Source: Andalucia godoyi And28 (lineage: Eukaryota; Protista; Jakobida). From it: a stretch of DNA of 64,000 bases. This document shows positions 1 through 10,917 of the stretch, one piece after another; position 1 is the stretch's first letter, and the number at the start of each line of letters is the position of its first letter. The stretch is from NCBI GenBank assembly GCA_009859145.1, contig VRVR01000052.1, positions 159,943 through 223,942 of the forward strand, read 5' to 3'. The notes under the pieces were generated by a model, which did not search any database, was not told the origin of the DNA, and saw nothing but the letters and a program-made list of their open reading frames with translations. Made by a program: the position numbers and the translations under genes.

Positions 1-6
1 GGAACC

Positions 7-2454
7 ATGTGTGCGAAAGTTGCTCAAGATCCAGAGCCGTTCCCGTCTGCCGCAGAGTCCGGGTACGGCGCAGCGGGCTACGCTGCAGATGGTGCAGGCC
101 ATCCGAACGCTGCTGCAGACGGGCCTGTCTCCTCCGAGTCGCTGTTAGTGCCCTCGAGCGTCCTTCCGGAGCCGCATTCGCCAATTACGTACAAGAAGCG
201 GCCTTCGATTTTTGAAAACCGAGATGCTGCTCTGCGAAACAAACAGCCGTTGAGAGTCCGTGCTGCAAATCTCGCGCGGGATTGGAGCCGGGAGATTGTT
301 CGCCCACAGCACTTGCTTCTTGCGCTGTTCGCCACAGCCATCTGCGTCATCGCAGGAGTGCTTCTCTACGTCAGCATGACGAATTCCAATGAATCGCAGA
401 TCACAACGGATTTTGGAGACACCTCCAGCGATCTTGTTCGGTACACCGAGAGTTTCTTTCGTCGGACTCTCAGCGAGGATTTGAATTCCATCCGGTCTGC
501 CATGTGCTTTGCTCCATCGATTCAGAATGTCACGTATGCTCAGTTCACTTCTCTGGTAACGTCCAACGGGGGCGTTGCGAAGGGTGTGCAGGCAGTGCAG
601 TGGGCTCCGCTGGTTCCTCAGTCGCTTCGGTCCTATTATGAGGCAAAGGCGCGCGTTGAGCAGAACGTGTCGACGTTCACGTTTGTCGATCGCGGTCCTG
701 GCGGGACTTTCGTATTGGCTGCCACGCGCGCGGAATACTATCCCGTTTACTTTATTCAGCCAATTGCGGGAAACACTGCGGTTCGCGGACTCGATGATCT
801 TGCCAACGACGTCACTCGCCGAAATGCGATTTATCTAGCACGGGATTCTGGTCTCACAATCTGCACAAAGCCATTTGCTCTTGCGCAGACGGGGAAGCTA
901 GGGCTTGTCTGCTATCGCGCAGCATATTCGACAATTGAGGTTCCTTCGGACCCATTGCTGCGGCCGAACGCAACGTTGGGGGCAGTAACCGGAGTGTTTC
1001 AAATTGGTACGATTTTTGATCTTATCTTGTCGGACACTTCATCTGCCCGAGAGCGGCTGGAAATTGCAGCATATGATAGCGAGGCGGGCAAGCTGTATTC
1101 CAGCCAGGAGGGTGCCTCGGCGGTCGTTGTCGGTGGATCGCCGTCGGATGTGCGTGCTGTTGCTTGGGGTCTTCGAATCACCCGAACGATTCAAGTTGGA
1201 GACCGCACGTGGACGATCGTTTGCACGCCACGACAGTCGTGGTTGGAGTCGGAAAAGTCCATTCTCCCCATCACGGTGCTCTGCATTTTCCTCGGAGTTC
1301 TTCTTATGGTACTGGGTTTTGTTCTGCTGAGAAGTTATGGTGACATGAAGGCGCGTAAGCATGCCGCTGAAAAGCAACATCTCGTCGATCGTCTGCTTCC
1401 TATCCCGGTCGGACGTGTGCTGGTGAACACATCTGCAGCTTTTGGCGGATCCAGTTCCAGTTCGTCGTCATACGCGGCGAACGGGGCCACTCACTCCAGC
1501 GACGACGATGGAATTCGTGCCATGCAGAACGTGCCGCCTCCTCTGCTGCTTGAAATTCCATTTTCTTGCGTGGTTTTCCTTGACCTCTGTGGTTTCACGC
1601 ATTTCAGTGAGCAGCACGATGCCCACGAAGTAGTGGATCTGCTCTACGACTTGTTCACCTCACTTGACGAACTTGCCGAGCGCCACGGGGTGTGCAAAGT
1701 GAAGACCATTGGAGACAACTGGATGGGCGCCACAGGACTCTTCCCAGGACAACACTCCATCGAGCGAGAGCTCGCAATTGACGGCGCCACAACGCCCGGT
1801 TCGATCTCCCCTGCAAATGGGGCTCTGTTTTCTCGGAAAGGCAGTCAGCCGAATCCGCAGGGAGGTGCCAGATCGAACCGCAACAATTCTGTCGACCTTC
1901 TCTCGTATCATGGAAATCAGTCCACTACGCCTCATGGGAGCGAGAAGAAACTGAAGATCACGCGCCAGATGAGCATGAAGGACGTTGTCGATGAGAATCT
2001 GTTGGTGCGCGACTCCCCACTGTGGCGAAGAGCTGTGCTGCGGTCTGCTCTTGCTTTTTCGTTGGATGCTCATGACCGTGCGTTGTTGATCTTCCAGTCT
2101 CGTGGGTTTGGAGATTCCCTCAACATTCGCGTGGGAATTCACTGTGGCCCTGTGATTGGAGCTGTGATTGGTCTGCAGCGTCCCGTGTTCGACGTGTGGT
2201 CTCCGACTGTGAACATCGCCAGTCGCCTCGAGTCCTCGTCTATCCCTGGTCGTATTCATGTCTCCAGTTTAGTCTACGAGGAGTGGATGCGCTGCATTCA
2301 TCCTGCTGGAGGAAACAACGGTGTATCACCGGACGAGTCCACATTCTTGTTTGAAAAGCGGCCGCAAGCGGTCACTCTGAAAGGCGTCGGAGCTGTCGAC
2401 ACTTACTGGTTGAACTCCCCGGTCGTTTCCATCACTGGTTCTCAATATGTATAG
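7..2454 (+). CDS. Membrane adenylate cyclase: TM - CHASE sensor - TM - class III cyclase
   Basis: Two hydrophobic segments flank a CHASE-like region (VQWAPLVP, EYYPVYFIQP, RRNAIYLARDSG). Cyclase motifs: VVFLDLCGFT, KVKTIGD, RVGIHCGPVIGAVIG, FDVWSPTVNIASRLES. K in KVKTIGD and D in FDVW indicate ATP specificity. Confidence 0.9.
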   Translation: MCAKVAQDPEPFPSAAESGYGAAGYAADGAGHPNAAADGPVSSESLLVPSSVLPEPHSPITYKKRPSIFENRDAALRNKQPLRVRAANLARDWSREIVRPQHLLLALFATAICVIAGVLLYVSMTNSNESQITTDFGDTSSDLVRYTESFFRRTLSEDLNSIRSAMCFAPSIQNVTYAQFTSLVTSNGGVAKGVQAVQWAPLVPQSLRSYYEAKARVEQNVSTFTFVDRGPGGTFVLAATRAEYYPVYFIQPIAGNTAVRGLDDLANDVTRRNAIYLARDSGLTICTKPFALAQTGKLGLVCYRAAYSTIEVPSDPLLRPNATLGAVTGVFQIGTIFDLILSDTSSARERLEIAAYDSEAGKLYSSQEGASAVVVGGSPSDVRAVAWGLRITRTIQVGDRTWTIVCTPRQSWLESEKSILPITVLCIFLGVLLMVLGFVLLRSYGDMKARKHAAEKQHLVDRLLPIPVGRVLVNTSAAFGGSSSSSSSYAANGATHSSDDDGIRAMQNVPPPLLLEIPFSCVVFLDLCGFTHFSEQHDAHEVVDLLYDLFTSLDELAERHGVCKVKTIGDNWMGATGLFPGQHSIERELAIDGATTPGSISPANGALFSRKGSQPNPQGGARSNRNNSVDLLSYHGNQSTTPHGSEKKLKITRQMSMKDVVDENLLVRDSPLWRRAVLRSALAFSLDAHDRALLIFQSRGFGDSLNIRVGIHCGPVIGAVIGLQRPVFDVWSPTVNIASRLESSSIPGRIHVSSLVYEEWMRCIHPAGGNNGVSPDESTFLFEKRPQAVTLKGVGAVDTYWLNSPVVSITGSQYV

Positions 2455-2646
2455 CTAACAACGAGACGAAAAAAAAAAGATAACGAAAAAAGACGTTCGA
2501 GAGCCGCAATCAGAATGCAGTGTGGTCCCAGTTTCGATCTCAGTCCTCCAGCACCAAGAGAGAAGATCAAGGGGGGAGACAAAAAATAAAATAAAATGGT
2601 AAGAAAGAAAGACGAACGGCAGAATTGTTGCTTTACAAGGGTGCGC

Positions 2647-3774
2647 TTACTGCAAGGAGAAGGAGGAGGGTGCCCGTGCAGCAAGGTCAGAAATCAGAGT
2701 CAGTACGGAACGTGGCCAAAGCCATTCGGGACGCCGTGGCTGAGAAGACAGAACAGCTTCCGCCCAGGCATCCGGGATCCCAGAAAGCCCAACTCGAGCA
2801 CCGCACAAGCCAGCCACGATGGCTCCGTTCGTGTCCACATCGCCTCCAAGAAGCAGTGTGTCCGCAAGTGCTTTTTCAAAAGGCTGCTGCTTTGCAAGTT
2901 CCCGAATCGCAAGCGAAAAGGCAATCTTTACCCAGCCGATGTTCACCGTTGTCATTGGCATCGCATCTCTCGACGGATTCGACACATCGGATGCCGCATC
3001 AAACCACGCACAGACCTCCTTCGCTGCGTCCTCGGCATGCTGGAGGAGAGATGTCTTCGTTGAGGACAGCAGCAGCAGCGAACTAGCAGCAAGATAGGCA
3101 GATGAGAACCGCGTCGCCAACCAAGCTCGCGCAGCTTCAAATGCGTCCTTGACATCATTGCCACGGATCAAACGCGCAGCAATAATGACGTACATCCCCT
3201 CGCAAGCACATGCTCTGGGATTTGGGTGTGTCAGCAAAGAGTCGAGCACGCCAACAAGGGCCACATCGTCATCGGCAAGTCGGTGTCCCCAAACCGCGAT
3301 GGGTGTGGATCGCATGAGAGACCCGTTCCCTTGCGAGTCCATTGATGCGTTCTTATGCATGGTTCGTGGATTTCCTGCAGATCCGGAAAGCGCCTGTCTG
3401 GTCGTATTTCCAATGTCAAACGGCGGAGATCGGAACCATTCATGGTACCAGTGCGCAATGGATTCCACATATCGTACAGCACCGATGGCGTCGGCATCAC
3501 CTTGGGGCACTCTGGGATGCAGCAAGAGTCCTCGCGCGAGAGAAATCGCAAGCTCCGAGTCATCGGTGATCTGGCCACGACCTACGTGGAGCGCTCCCCC
3601 ACCAGGAAACGTAAGGGCATGCAAAACGTCCTTTTCTGTAATTCGTTTTCCAAAGAACTCCAATGGTGCTCCAGCAGCATCTCCAACACACGCAGCAAGA
3701 AAGCATCCTGCAGCGCGGTCCAACACCGGATCTGACCTTAGCGACTCTTTGAAACTTGAAAAGGACCTCTGCAT
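2647..3774 (-). CDS. ADP-ribosylglycohydrolase (ARH/DraG family)
   Basis: Motifs GDAAGAPLEF, GQITDDSELA, PFDIGNTT, GNGSLMR and GGDVDTNGAIVAGLCGA. First ATG is at 3774; the ORF track starts at a TTG. Confidence 0.92.
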   Translation of the reverse strand: MQRSFSSFKESLRSDPVLDRAAGCFLAACVGDAAGAPLEFFGKRITEKDVLHALTFPGGGALHVGRGQITDDSELAISLARGLLLHPRVPQGDADAIGAVRYVESIAHWYHEWFRSPPFDIGNTTRQALSGSAGNPRTMHKNASMDSQGNGSLMRSTPIAVWGHRLADDDVALVGVLDSLLTHPNPRACACEGMYVIIAARLIRGNDVKDAFEAARAWLATRFSSAYLAASSLLLLSSTKTSLLQHAEDAAKEVCAWFDAASDVSNPSRDAMPMTTVNIGWVKIAFSLAIRELAKQQPFEKALADTLLLGGDVDTNGAIVAGLCGARVGLSGIPDAWAEAVLSSQPRRPEWLWPRSVLTLISDLAARAPSSFSLQ

Positions 3775-4123
3775 CACTGTCGCCGATACCGCATCCCTTT
3801 TCCAATTCAATAAATCATACGAAGCAAAGGAAAGAATTGGAAAAAAAAAAGAATTGGGAAAAAAAATAAATTGAAGAAGGAAAAAGGAGAAATCGATACA
3901 GAGGAACAGAGAAGATGCTTGCAGACGGCCCTGTCAATGGTGATCCGTGAATGACAAGCGCTTCGTCCTACCCGCGGTGGACAACGGGACAAAAAGCTGG
4001 GCTGTGTGGTTTGCAGACATACCGATTATTGGGCACACAGGTAGACTGAGTGAGGAAGTGCCAGCAAGTAAGAAGGTACTTTACAAACGGAGGTGGAGGG
4101 AGGGGAGGAAATGAGGACGAAGG

Positions 4124-6601
4124 CTATAGAGCGAGCCGTGAGAACTCTTCTGGGCGAAGCAGAAAACAAGAGGTGAGGTTGGTGGCACAGCTGGCGCCAA
4201 GCGAGTCAGCGATTCTTGAGAAGAGCTGGACATCCGTGTTGGACGCCAAGTCTCCGCGCAAGTAGATCACAGCCGAGCACCTGCCTTCCGCGACCTCGCG
4301 CAGGATCTGGAAAATGCCACCTTTTGGACCTTCGCCGCACTGGACCACAATTTTTCCGTACTCGCACTGCAGAAAATCGGCGACAAATCCGTACGTGCCC
4401 TTCGTGGACAGCACGCACTGAACGGACCGCATCCATTCTGCATTTTCTGCGTCTCTCAGAAAATCAAGCAGTTCGTTTTTCCGGGTTCCAATGGCGATAA
4501 GCGCGAGCGACCGGTCAGCAGGCACGCCCAGCGGGACTCGTGACGCTCGATCCCCCACCATTCGATGTTGGAACTTCCGTCGTTTGTCCTCCAACAGCTG
4601 AGAAATCTCCGGCTTGGAAAGCATGCTTGCTGCATGGGAGCTGCCGCTTGCAAAGTGCGCAGCTGCAATGATAACGTCGGCAGGTGGCGCGCCGAATTGG
4701 ATGCAGAATCGTCGAGCCATGGCGATGGAAGTTGCAAACGCGGTGTGGCAAAGATCGGTGTATTTTCGCAGAGCATCCTGCGTAAGTTGGGATACTGTAG
4801 AGTTTGCATCGTTCAGATGGAGAACAAAGCACAATTTGTGGTCCACAAGATCCGATAAAATCTGTGCAATGCCTCCGAGATGTGGCAGGAGCTGCACGCA
4901 CGATTGCGGGACCAGCGAAGCAACCGCTGGTGGAAGATGTCGAAGCACAAAGGCACATGTCGATCTCGGCATCATAATGCGATAGTGAGGAAGAAGAAGA
5001 GGCAAGTATCTTTCAAGAAACAAAAGGAGCTCCGAGTCCACAGCTGCCTTATCACTGCCGCTGCTGCTTGCCATCGAGTTCGACGCGGAGGCTGTTGGAG
5101 ACTCGTATCCGAAGTACGGACTGCTCCCGACATTCGCATACTCGGAAGCAGTCTCTATTGCTGAAAACAACAACGCTATCTGCGGTCGCTTGTCCATCAC
5201 GGGCAACTGGTACTCTCTTGCACAGTATCTGGTAGTTTCCTGGGGTTGCTCGTACATCTCTTGTTGTTGTTGTTGTTGTTGTTGCTGTTGTTGTTGCTGT
5301 TGTTGTTGTTGTTGCTGCTGCTGCTGTTGGTGGATGTGGTGTGATTGGGTTTGGGGTTGGGGTTGTGGTTGTGGTGACTGGGTCTGATACTGCGATTGGA
5401 CGGGATGCGGTGCATACTCAAGGGTAGAAGGGGACGCCCTTGAATCCAAGATGGTCATGTCGTCTGGCACGGAAAGCAAAGGTGACAAAGTCTGCTGTGG
5501 CTGGGTCGATTTTTCATCCAATGTCGTCGCATAGCGGGAAAGATCAAATACATCTTCGTACGTACTCGGCTGCTGCTGTTGTTGTGGACGATGCTGCTGT
5601 TGATGCCATTGATCGAATATTGCACCGTGACCCACCGATCCTTGCAGAGGCGACGAAGACGGTGCCACGGGCGCCGCCGACGGACGTGCCTGGGTCATTT
5701 GCTGTTCTCGGAGCATTTGCAGCTGTGTCTGAATCGAGGAGGGGTCCATTGCCGAGGCCACGGGTGCATCAAAGTACAATGGCGCAGCAAGCGGAGGTAT
5801 GGCTGCAGGATTCCACTGCGCAGTCATCGCCATGAGCCTTACAACATCTGCTGCGGCCGCCGCGGACGACCCGGAACTCGCTGCCATATTCACGAGAGAC
5901 ACCGTGCGGTTCCACTCAAGGGGAAATCGCGGAATGGGAATCGGAGCATCGTCTTTCTGCCTTGATTTCCCCGACCGCTGCGTCTGAATGTTCAGCAAGG
6001 TCCGAGAAGGAACGGGAACAATGCACCGAGCCGCTGCAGCAAAGTGCCGAGAAGGAACAGCCATCATATTCACATATCGCGTCGGAGGTTTTGCAGGTTC
6101 TGTTTCCCGGACTCGGATCGAGCCAATCCACACACATCCGCGACCGTACGCATCCGTGCGCCCAAGCGAAAGCGGCCGCTCACACACAAGCTCAAACTCT
6201 GGAACCACCACCGCAGCTCGGCTACCCGCACCAGCACCAGCACCAGCACCAGCACCAGCACCAGCACCGGTATTCGCCCTGTCAGCGTTATCCGTGCCGA
6301 GCGCAACGGTCGTAGATGAACCTCGGGGATCGACCGCGGCGAGGGAAAAATCGAGGCTCGAGTAAATCAGGTCTTGCGGGAGATGGGAAAGCAGTGCTCC
6401 GCGTTCATCGCGAAGAGACACGCGAACAGGAAGCGCTGTAAACGACTCATAAAGAACACGCCCGCCTTTCCGCTCCACCCATTCCGTGGTGAATTCAACA
6501 TCGAGCGCGGTTTCCGTGTGCAGATAATACAGACGAGAGGGCTGGTTGACGGAGCTCGAAGACGAAGATGCACTGATCAGCGGCACATATGGATCATTCA
6601 T
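4124..6601 (-). CDS. PolyQ protein with a possible N-terminal beta-sandwich DNA-binding domain and a C-terminal methylglyoxal-synthase-like (MGS) domain
   Basis: C-terminus LALIAIGTRK...STKGT...GPKGG...SAVIYLR...DVQLFSRIADSLGASCATN follows the MGS pattern. Central Q/P-rich low complexity. The N-terminal domain assignment is inference only. Confidence 0.7.
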   Translation of the reverse strand: MNDPYVPLISASSSSSSVNQPSRLYYLHTETALDVEFTTEWVERKGGRVLYESFTALPVRVSLRDERGALLSHLPQDLIYSSLDFSLAAVDPRGSSTTVALGTDNADRANTGAGAGAGAGAGAGAGSRAAVVVPEFELVCERPLSLGRTDAYGRGCVWIGSIRVRETEPAKPPTRYVNMMAVPSRHFAAAARCIVPVPSRTLLNIQTQRSGKSRQKDDAPIPIPRFPLEWNRTVSLVNMAASSGSSAAAAADVVRLMAMTAQWNPAAIPPLAAPLYFDAPVASAMDPSSIQTQLQMLREQQMTQARPSAAPVAPSSSPLQGSVGHGAIFDQWHQQQHRPQQQQQPSTYEDVFDLSRYATTLDEKSTQPQQTLSPLLSVPDDMTILDSRASPSTLEYAPHPVQSQYQTQSPQPQPQPQTQSHHIHQQQQQQQQQQQQQQQQQQQQQQQEMYEQPQETTRYCAREYQLPVMDKRPQIALLFSAIETASEYANVGSSPYFGYESPTASASNSMASSSGSDKAAVDSELLLFLERYLPLLLPHYRIMMPRSTCAFVLRHLPPAVASLVPQSCVQLLPHLGGIAQILSDLVDHKLCFVLHLNDANSTVSQLTQDALRKYTDLCHTAFATSIAMARRFCIQFGAPPADVIIAAAHFASGSSHAASMLSKPEISQLLEDKRRKFQHRMVGDRASRVPLGVPADRSLALIAIGTRKNELLDFLRDAENAEWMRSVQCVLSTKGTYGFVADFLQCEYGKIVVQCGEGPKGGIFQILREVAEGRCSAVIYLRGDLASNTDVQLFSRIADSLGASCATNLTSCFLLRPEEFSRLAL

Positions 6602-6813
6602 GAATCATGACACTTTCATAATGAACAAACACCAAACAAACAAACGAACAAAACAACAGGGAAGCCGTGAAACGAGTACATCGAGTCGCCAGGACATAGA
6701 ACAATTGCAAAAAATATACTGGTGACGTGTCGCGGCGTTTTTGCCAAATCGAGCAGGATTGAGAGTGTTTGATGTGGAGTAGAGACGTAGCAGATATGCT
6801 CATGAACAGAACG

Positions 6814-6942
6814 TGCCGATTGAAACGTTGGGATCGATGTCTAATGGCCTACCCCCTCTTGTTGACTGGCAGCACACCCCCTCCCGTTTGAAGAACTGCG
6901 GGAAAACATCACTCTTCCCCCGCCAGGTTCAATTCTGGCGGG
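6814..6942 (+). mobile_element. Weak Fanzor 3-prime/omegaRNA relic
   Basis: TGC...GATCGATGTCTAATGGC (C...DRxxNG-like) runs into GGCCTACCCCCT (6846-6857), the motif seen after RuvC-III in other copies. Perfect 8-bp hairpin CCCGCCAG/CTGGCGGG at 6919-6942. Confidence 0.4.
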
Positions 6943-7123
6943 TGCGAAAGAACACTGACATTCCGTTGTTTCCTTCCGGCCGTTCAATTGTGAGTTCACA
7001 GATCCAGAGGTCGTGTCTCCGCTCTTCGTTTTTCGTTTTTTTCGTTTTTTCTTTTTTTCTTTTTCGTTCCTTCTCTTCTCCTTCTTTTTTATCCAAGGAA
7101 AGTTTCCAAATCACTAACCCAAG

Positions 7124-7576
7124 ATGGCCCGCACCAAGCAAACTGCCCGCAAGTCCATGGGAGGCAAGGCCCCCCGCAAGCACCTTCTCGCCACCAAGGC
7201 CGCCCGCAAGTCGGCGCCCGCTGGTGGTGGAGTGAAGAAGCCCCATCGTTTCCGCCCCGGTACGGTTGCGCTGCGTGAGATCCGCCGCTACCAGAAGTCG
7301 ACCGAGCTGCTGATCCGCAAGGCGCCGTTCCAGCGCCTCGTCCGTGAGATTGCCCAGCAGGCAGGCTCCGGCTCGTTCGGCGGACAGGGCGGAGACCTCC
7401 GCTTCCAGTCGGCCGCAATCGGCGCACTCCAGGAGGCCGCCGAGGCGTACCTCGTTGCGCTCTTCGAAGACACCAACCTGTGTGCAATCCACGCCCGCCG
7501 TGTCACCGTCATGCCCAAGGACATGCAGCTTGCACGCCGCATCCGTGGCGAGCGCGCAACCGCCACTGCCCAGTAA
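7124..7576 (+). CDS. H3: Histone H3 variant (H3.3-like AAIG motif, extended loop 1)
   Basis: [10 protein letters not shown] tail and a full histone fold ([36 protein letters not shown]). Confidence 0.97.
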   Translation: MARTKQTARKSMGGKAPRKHLLATKAARKSAPAGGGVKKPHRFRPGTVALREIRRYQKSTELLIRKAPFQRLVREIAQQAGSGSFGGQGGDLRFQSAAIGALQEAAEAYLVALFEDTNLCAIHARRVTVMPKDMQLARRIRGERATATAQ

Positions 7577-7878
7577 ATCGTCTTCTTCCTCCTTCCTGGC
7601 AGGAAGCAAGGCGACGAACTGGAATGCTGACGACGTTCGGCTCTCTTCCAGTTGGGTCTCGATTTTTTTAATTTTATTTTAACCAAAAATAATAGAAACA
7701 CTCACATTTGGTGTCTATAGACACCACCACCACCACCACCACCTCCCATCCACTAACATGTTCCTCTTCCTTCTCCCTCCTTGCATACATTCCCACCACT
7801 GTCTTATTGTTTTTGCTCTCTGTTTCAGCATCGCAGCGACAAACGGGAAAAAGTATGGGCCAATCGCATTTTTAAAAA

Positions 7879-10573
7879 TTATTCAGCAAGCAGTCGTTGA
7901 ATGACGGGATGAACCGAGCTGGCCGCCTTGAGGCGCGGAATCAAAACGCTGGCGATCGATCGTCGAAACAAGGTGACGTTGTCGAGCAGCAACGGAAGTG
8001 CCAATGCAACAGTGATTGTATCCTCGGCTGCGAGATGCAGAGACTCGAGATCCGACAGGATCGATGCGGCGAACGAAAACGAATGGTGGATAGCGTAGAC
8101 CAGGGTGATGGACGATGCAATCTCAGAGATGCAAGGGTCGATGCGCGGTGAGTTCCGTGCATAGTCTCCGAGCAGCCATACGACCTTTTGCCACAAGTTG
8201 CGAGCATTTGAATGCCGCAGAACAAGCAGGCAACTCAGAATCCAGATTGAAATGCATGGACGCTCCGTAATCGCCTTCCACAAGTGAGAACTGGAAGGAT
8301 GCGAACGAATGATTTGCTCGGAGCAAAGCATCTGTCTGTTCTCCTGGTTCACACCAATACGCTGCAGCAGCGCATCAAAAACATACTGCGCATGATCAGC
8401 ATTGTTGTGCATCCGCGAGTACACCAGCAAGCAAAGGCGACGAGAGAACGCTCGAGCAGAAACTCCGGGATCGCGTGGAATTTGAAAGAGCGGCCTTAGA
8501 TTTCCAGCCATTCGGAAGACCGTGGTCACATCGGTCGGGAAGAAACCAAGCGAGCATCCCAGCGAGCAAAACGGAAACCACACATCATCGGACTGAGGGT
8601 TCATCGGCCATAAGACGGAATCACCGACTGCAAGCCCCGAAAGGACAAACGTCAAGCCTGCCGGCGGCGACACAAGCACGATGCTCCCGATGGATGAAAA
8701 CACGAAGTCCGCAAGAGAACTGATGGCCATTTCAAAAGGCACCGCACCAGACAAGAGAATCTCCAAATTGTCCGTGCAAAAGCTCGAGGATGAAGACAAG
8801 AATGTGTTCGTCCCATTGAACCAATCCTCGAGAACCTGACATGCACATGCGCAGAGCACCGCCTGCAGAACCCGTGAGAGATGGCTGACGCTGTTCACAC
8901 GAGCAATCCATGCCTCGGAACCTGCAAGTGTCGCTGCGCGGAACACAAGAGATCCAAGGAGTGGAGACACCATGGCGAGTCTGCCTGCCCATGGATGAAT
9001 ACATAATCCTCGCAGGAATGCTTCCGCAGTCGTCACGCGGATACACGAGCTGCGCAACGCCCGGTCAAACGGAGCGATCAGGACGTTGATGGGATACGAA
9101 AGGACCAACTCCATCAGAGCAAGAAACGCAGGAGAAGTGGGCAATGGATGGGTCACGGTATAGAGCTCGCAGAGGCGCCACGCCAAGCTTGCAAGCTCAA
9201 ACAAGTCTGGTTTTTCAGACAGCCGCACGCCCTCCACGATGAGATGCATCTGAATGTCATGAAGCCGTTCGGACGGATTGGTGGAGTCCACGGTCACAAA
9301 GGATTCCTGGGAAAAGCAGGTTCGAATGATGGGCTCGCGGAATGTGGGCGAAAACAGCATTTCAAATCCTGGTTGCGACGCAGTTCGCGGAACGCGCAGA
9401 CAGAGGCGCACAAGGTCCTTCCAAGACTCGGTATTCAACAACTGGTTCTTCCGAAAATAGAAGGAGACCATGTCCAATGACAGCATCGATCCAGCATTTG
9501 GAGATTCCAAGCACAATTCTCGAAAGCCCCTGTCAAATGGGAAGAAGAAGCGAACCACAATCCGCACGTCCGCGGCTGCATCGCTCGAGGATACGAGTAG
9601 CAACGCGAATACGGAGCGCCGGTCTGCAGGTACCGGCAACCTGCCAACAGTGGCCCGAAAGACAATTTCTGCGTCCGTGTCCGCATTGAGGTTCTGCAGC
9701 AGGTCTGCAACACGCCTTACGAGAAACGCGATGAACGACTCGGGGGCCTTTGCCAGCCAGTTCGACTTTCTCAAGGAGCCCAAGAACACAGAAACGACGG
9801 TCGCATACGTCTCTGGTAGCCTTCGTTTGCCTTTGATGCTTGCCGAAGAAAAGATGGTCAGCAGCAGGTTCTGCATCTCCTCCATCCCAGCCCGATAGTC
9901 ATGCAGCACAGCCGCAAACAAGCAGCCAAGCTGCGCCTCAAAGTCCAGTGGATCCGACGCAAGCCGGACGCCGACGTCCTGGGAGACATCTTGGTATGTC
10001 TGCTTCGTGAGCCTCACGAACCGCAGAATTGTAAAGCATATTCGCTGCTCGAGCGCACGCACGACATTCGAGCTTCGTGCGGACGCCGCCGCCGGCCTTT
10101 TCTTTGCAATTGTAAAGTACAAGTGTACGATCCAAGGAAGGAAAATATCGACTTGGATCCCGTAGACGCGCAGGAGACCCGGACAGCACGCACACTGAAC
10201 AAGATCCAAGCTTGCAAGATACTTGTCCCTCACAAAACGACAAGTGCAGTCGCTTTCCCAGTTCGACGCATCAATCGCATTCCTACGCACAGCACCCCGC
10301 CAACCAAAACCAAATCCAAATCACAGACGTGCACACTTAGCATCGGGAAAAAAAAACCGTTAACGAAAAAAGACAGACCAAAGAAAAACAAAAAACAAAA
10401 AACCAACCAACAAACCAGCAACAACAACAACAACAACAACGTACGTACAATTCTTCTTCGATATCGCTTCGTTTTGCGCGCTCGACAATGCAGGACTCGA
10501 GCTTCTTGAGAACGCTTTTCAACGTTTGCTCGTCAAACGGGTCTGAACCAAGCAACGGAAGCAGAAAATCCAT
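7879..10573 (-). CDS. Uncharacterised leucine-rich, probably alpha-helical protein, about 840 aa, 2 exons
   Basis: Long ORF 7879-10290 joined in phase to an upstream exon 10573-10449 (MDFLLPLLGSDPF...) via a GT-AG intron 10448-10283. No family recognised. Confidence 0.7.
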
Positions 10574-10917
10574 CCAGCAGCCCAAACAGCAAAAACAACA
10601 AGTCGCAATAATGATTGTTATTTCACATCATTACCAACAGAGCAAAACAAAAAGATGTCGGAAAACAGTGAAAGCATTGAGAATGGAAACTGCTTGCCGC
10701 GACTGTAGTCGTTGGTGCGGGTAGCAGTGAAACGGACTGGAGGCCCGAACCCAAGGTCGTGTCTCCGTTCCCTGCATGCTGCTTTTCATTTTTCATTTTT
10801 CATTGGGCTGTTTTGTCATTTGGCATGCCTTTTGTCATTTGTATTGTACTGTATTTGTATTTGTATTTTTTGTGTAATTGTTTTTTCCATCTTTAATTAT
10901 TTTGAGAAAAGAGTACC

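Noticed and set aside
7124-7576. CenH3/CENP-A call
   Set aside because: Despite the long loop 1, the tail and diagnostic Q68, F84 and T107 equivalents are canonical H3.
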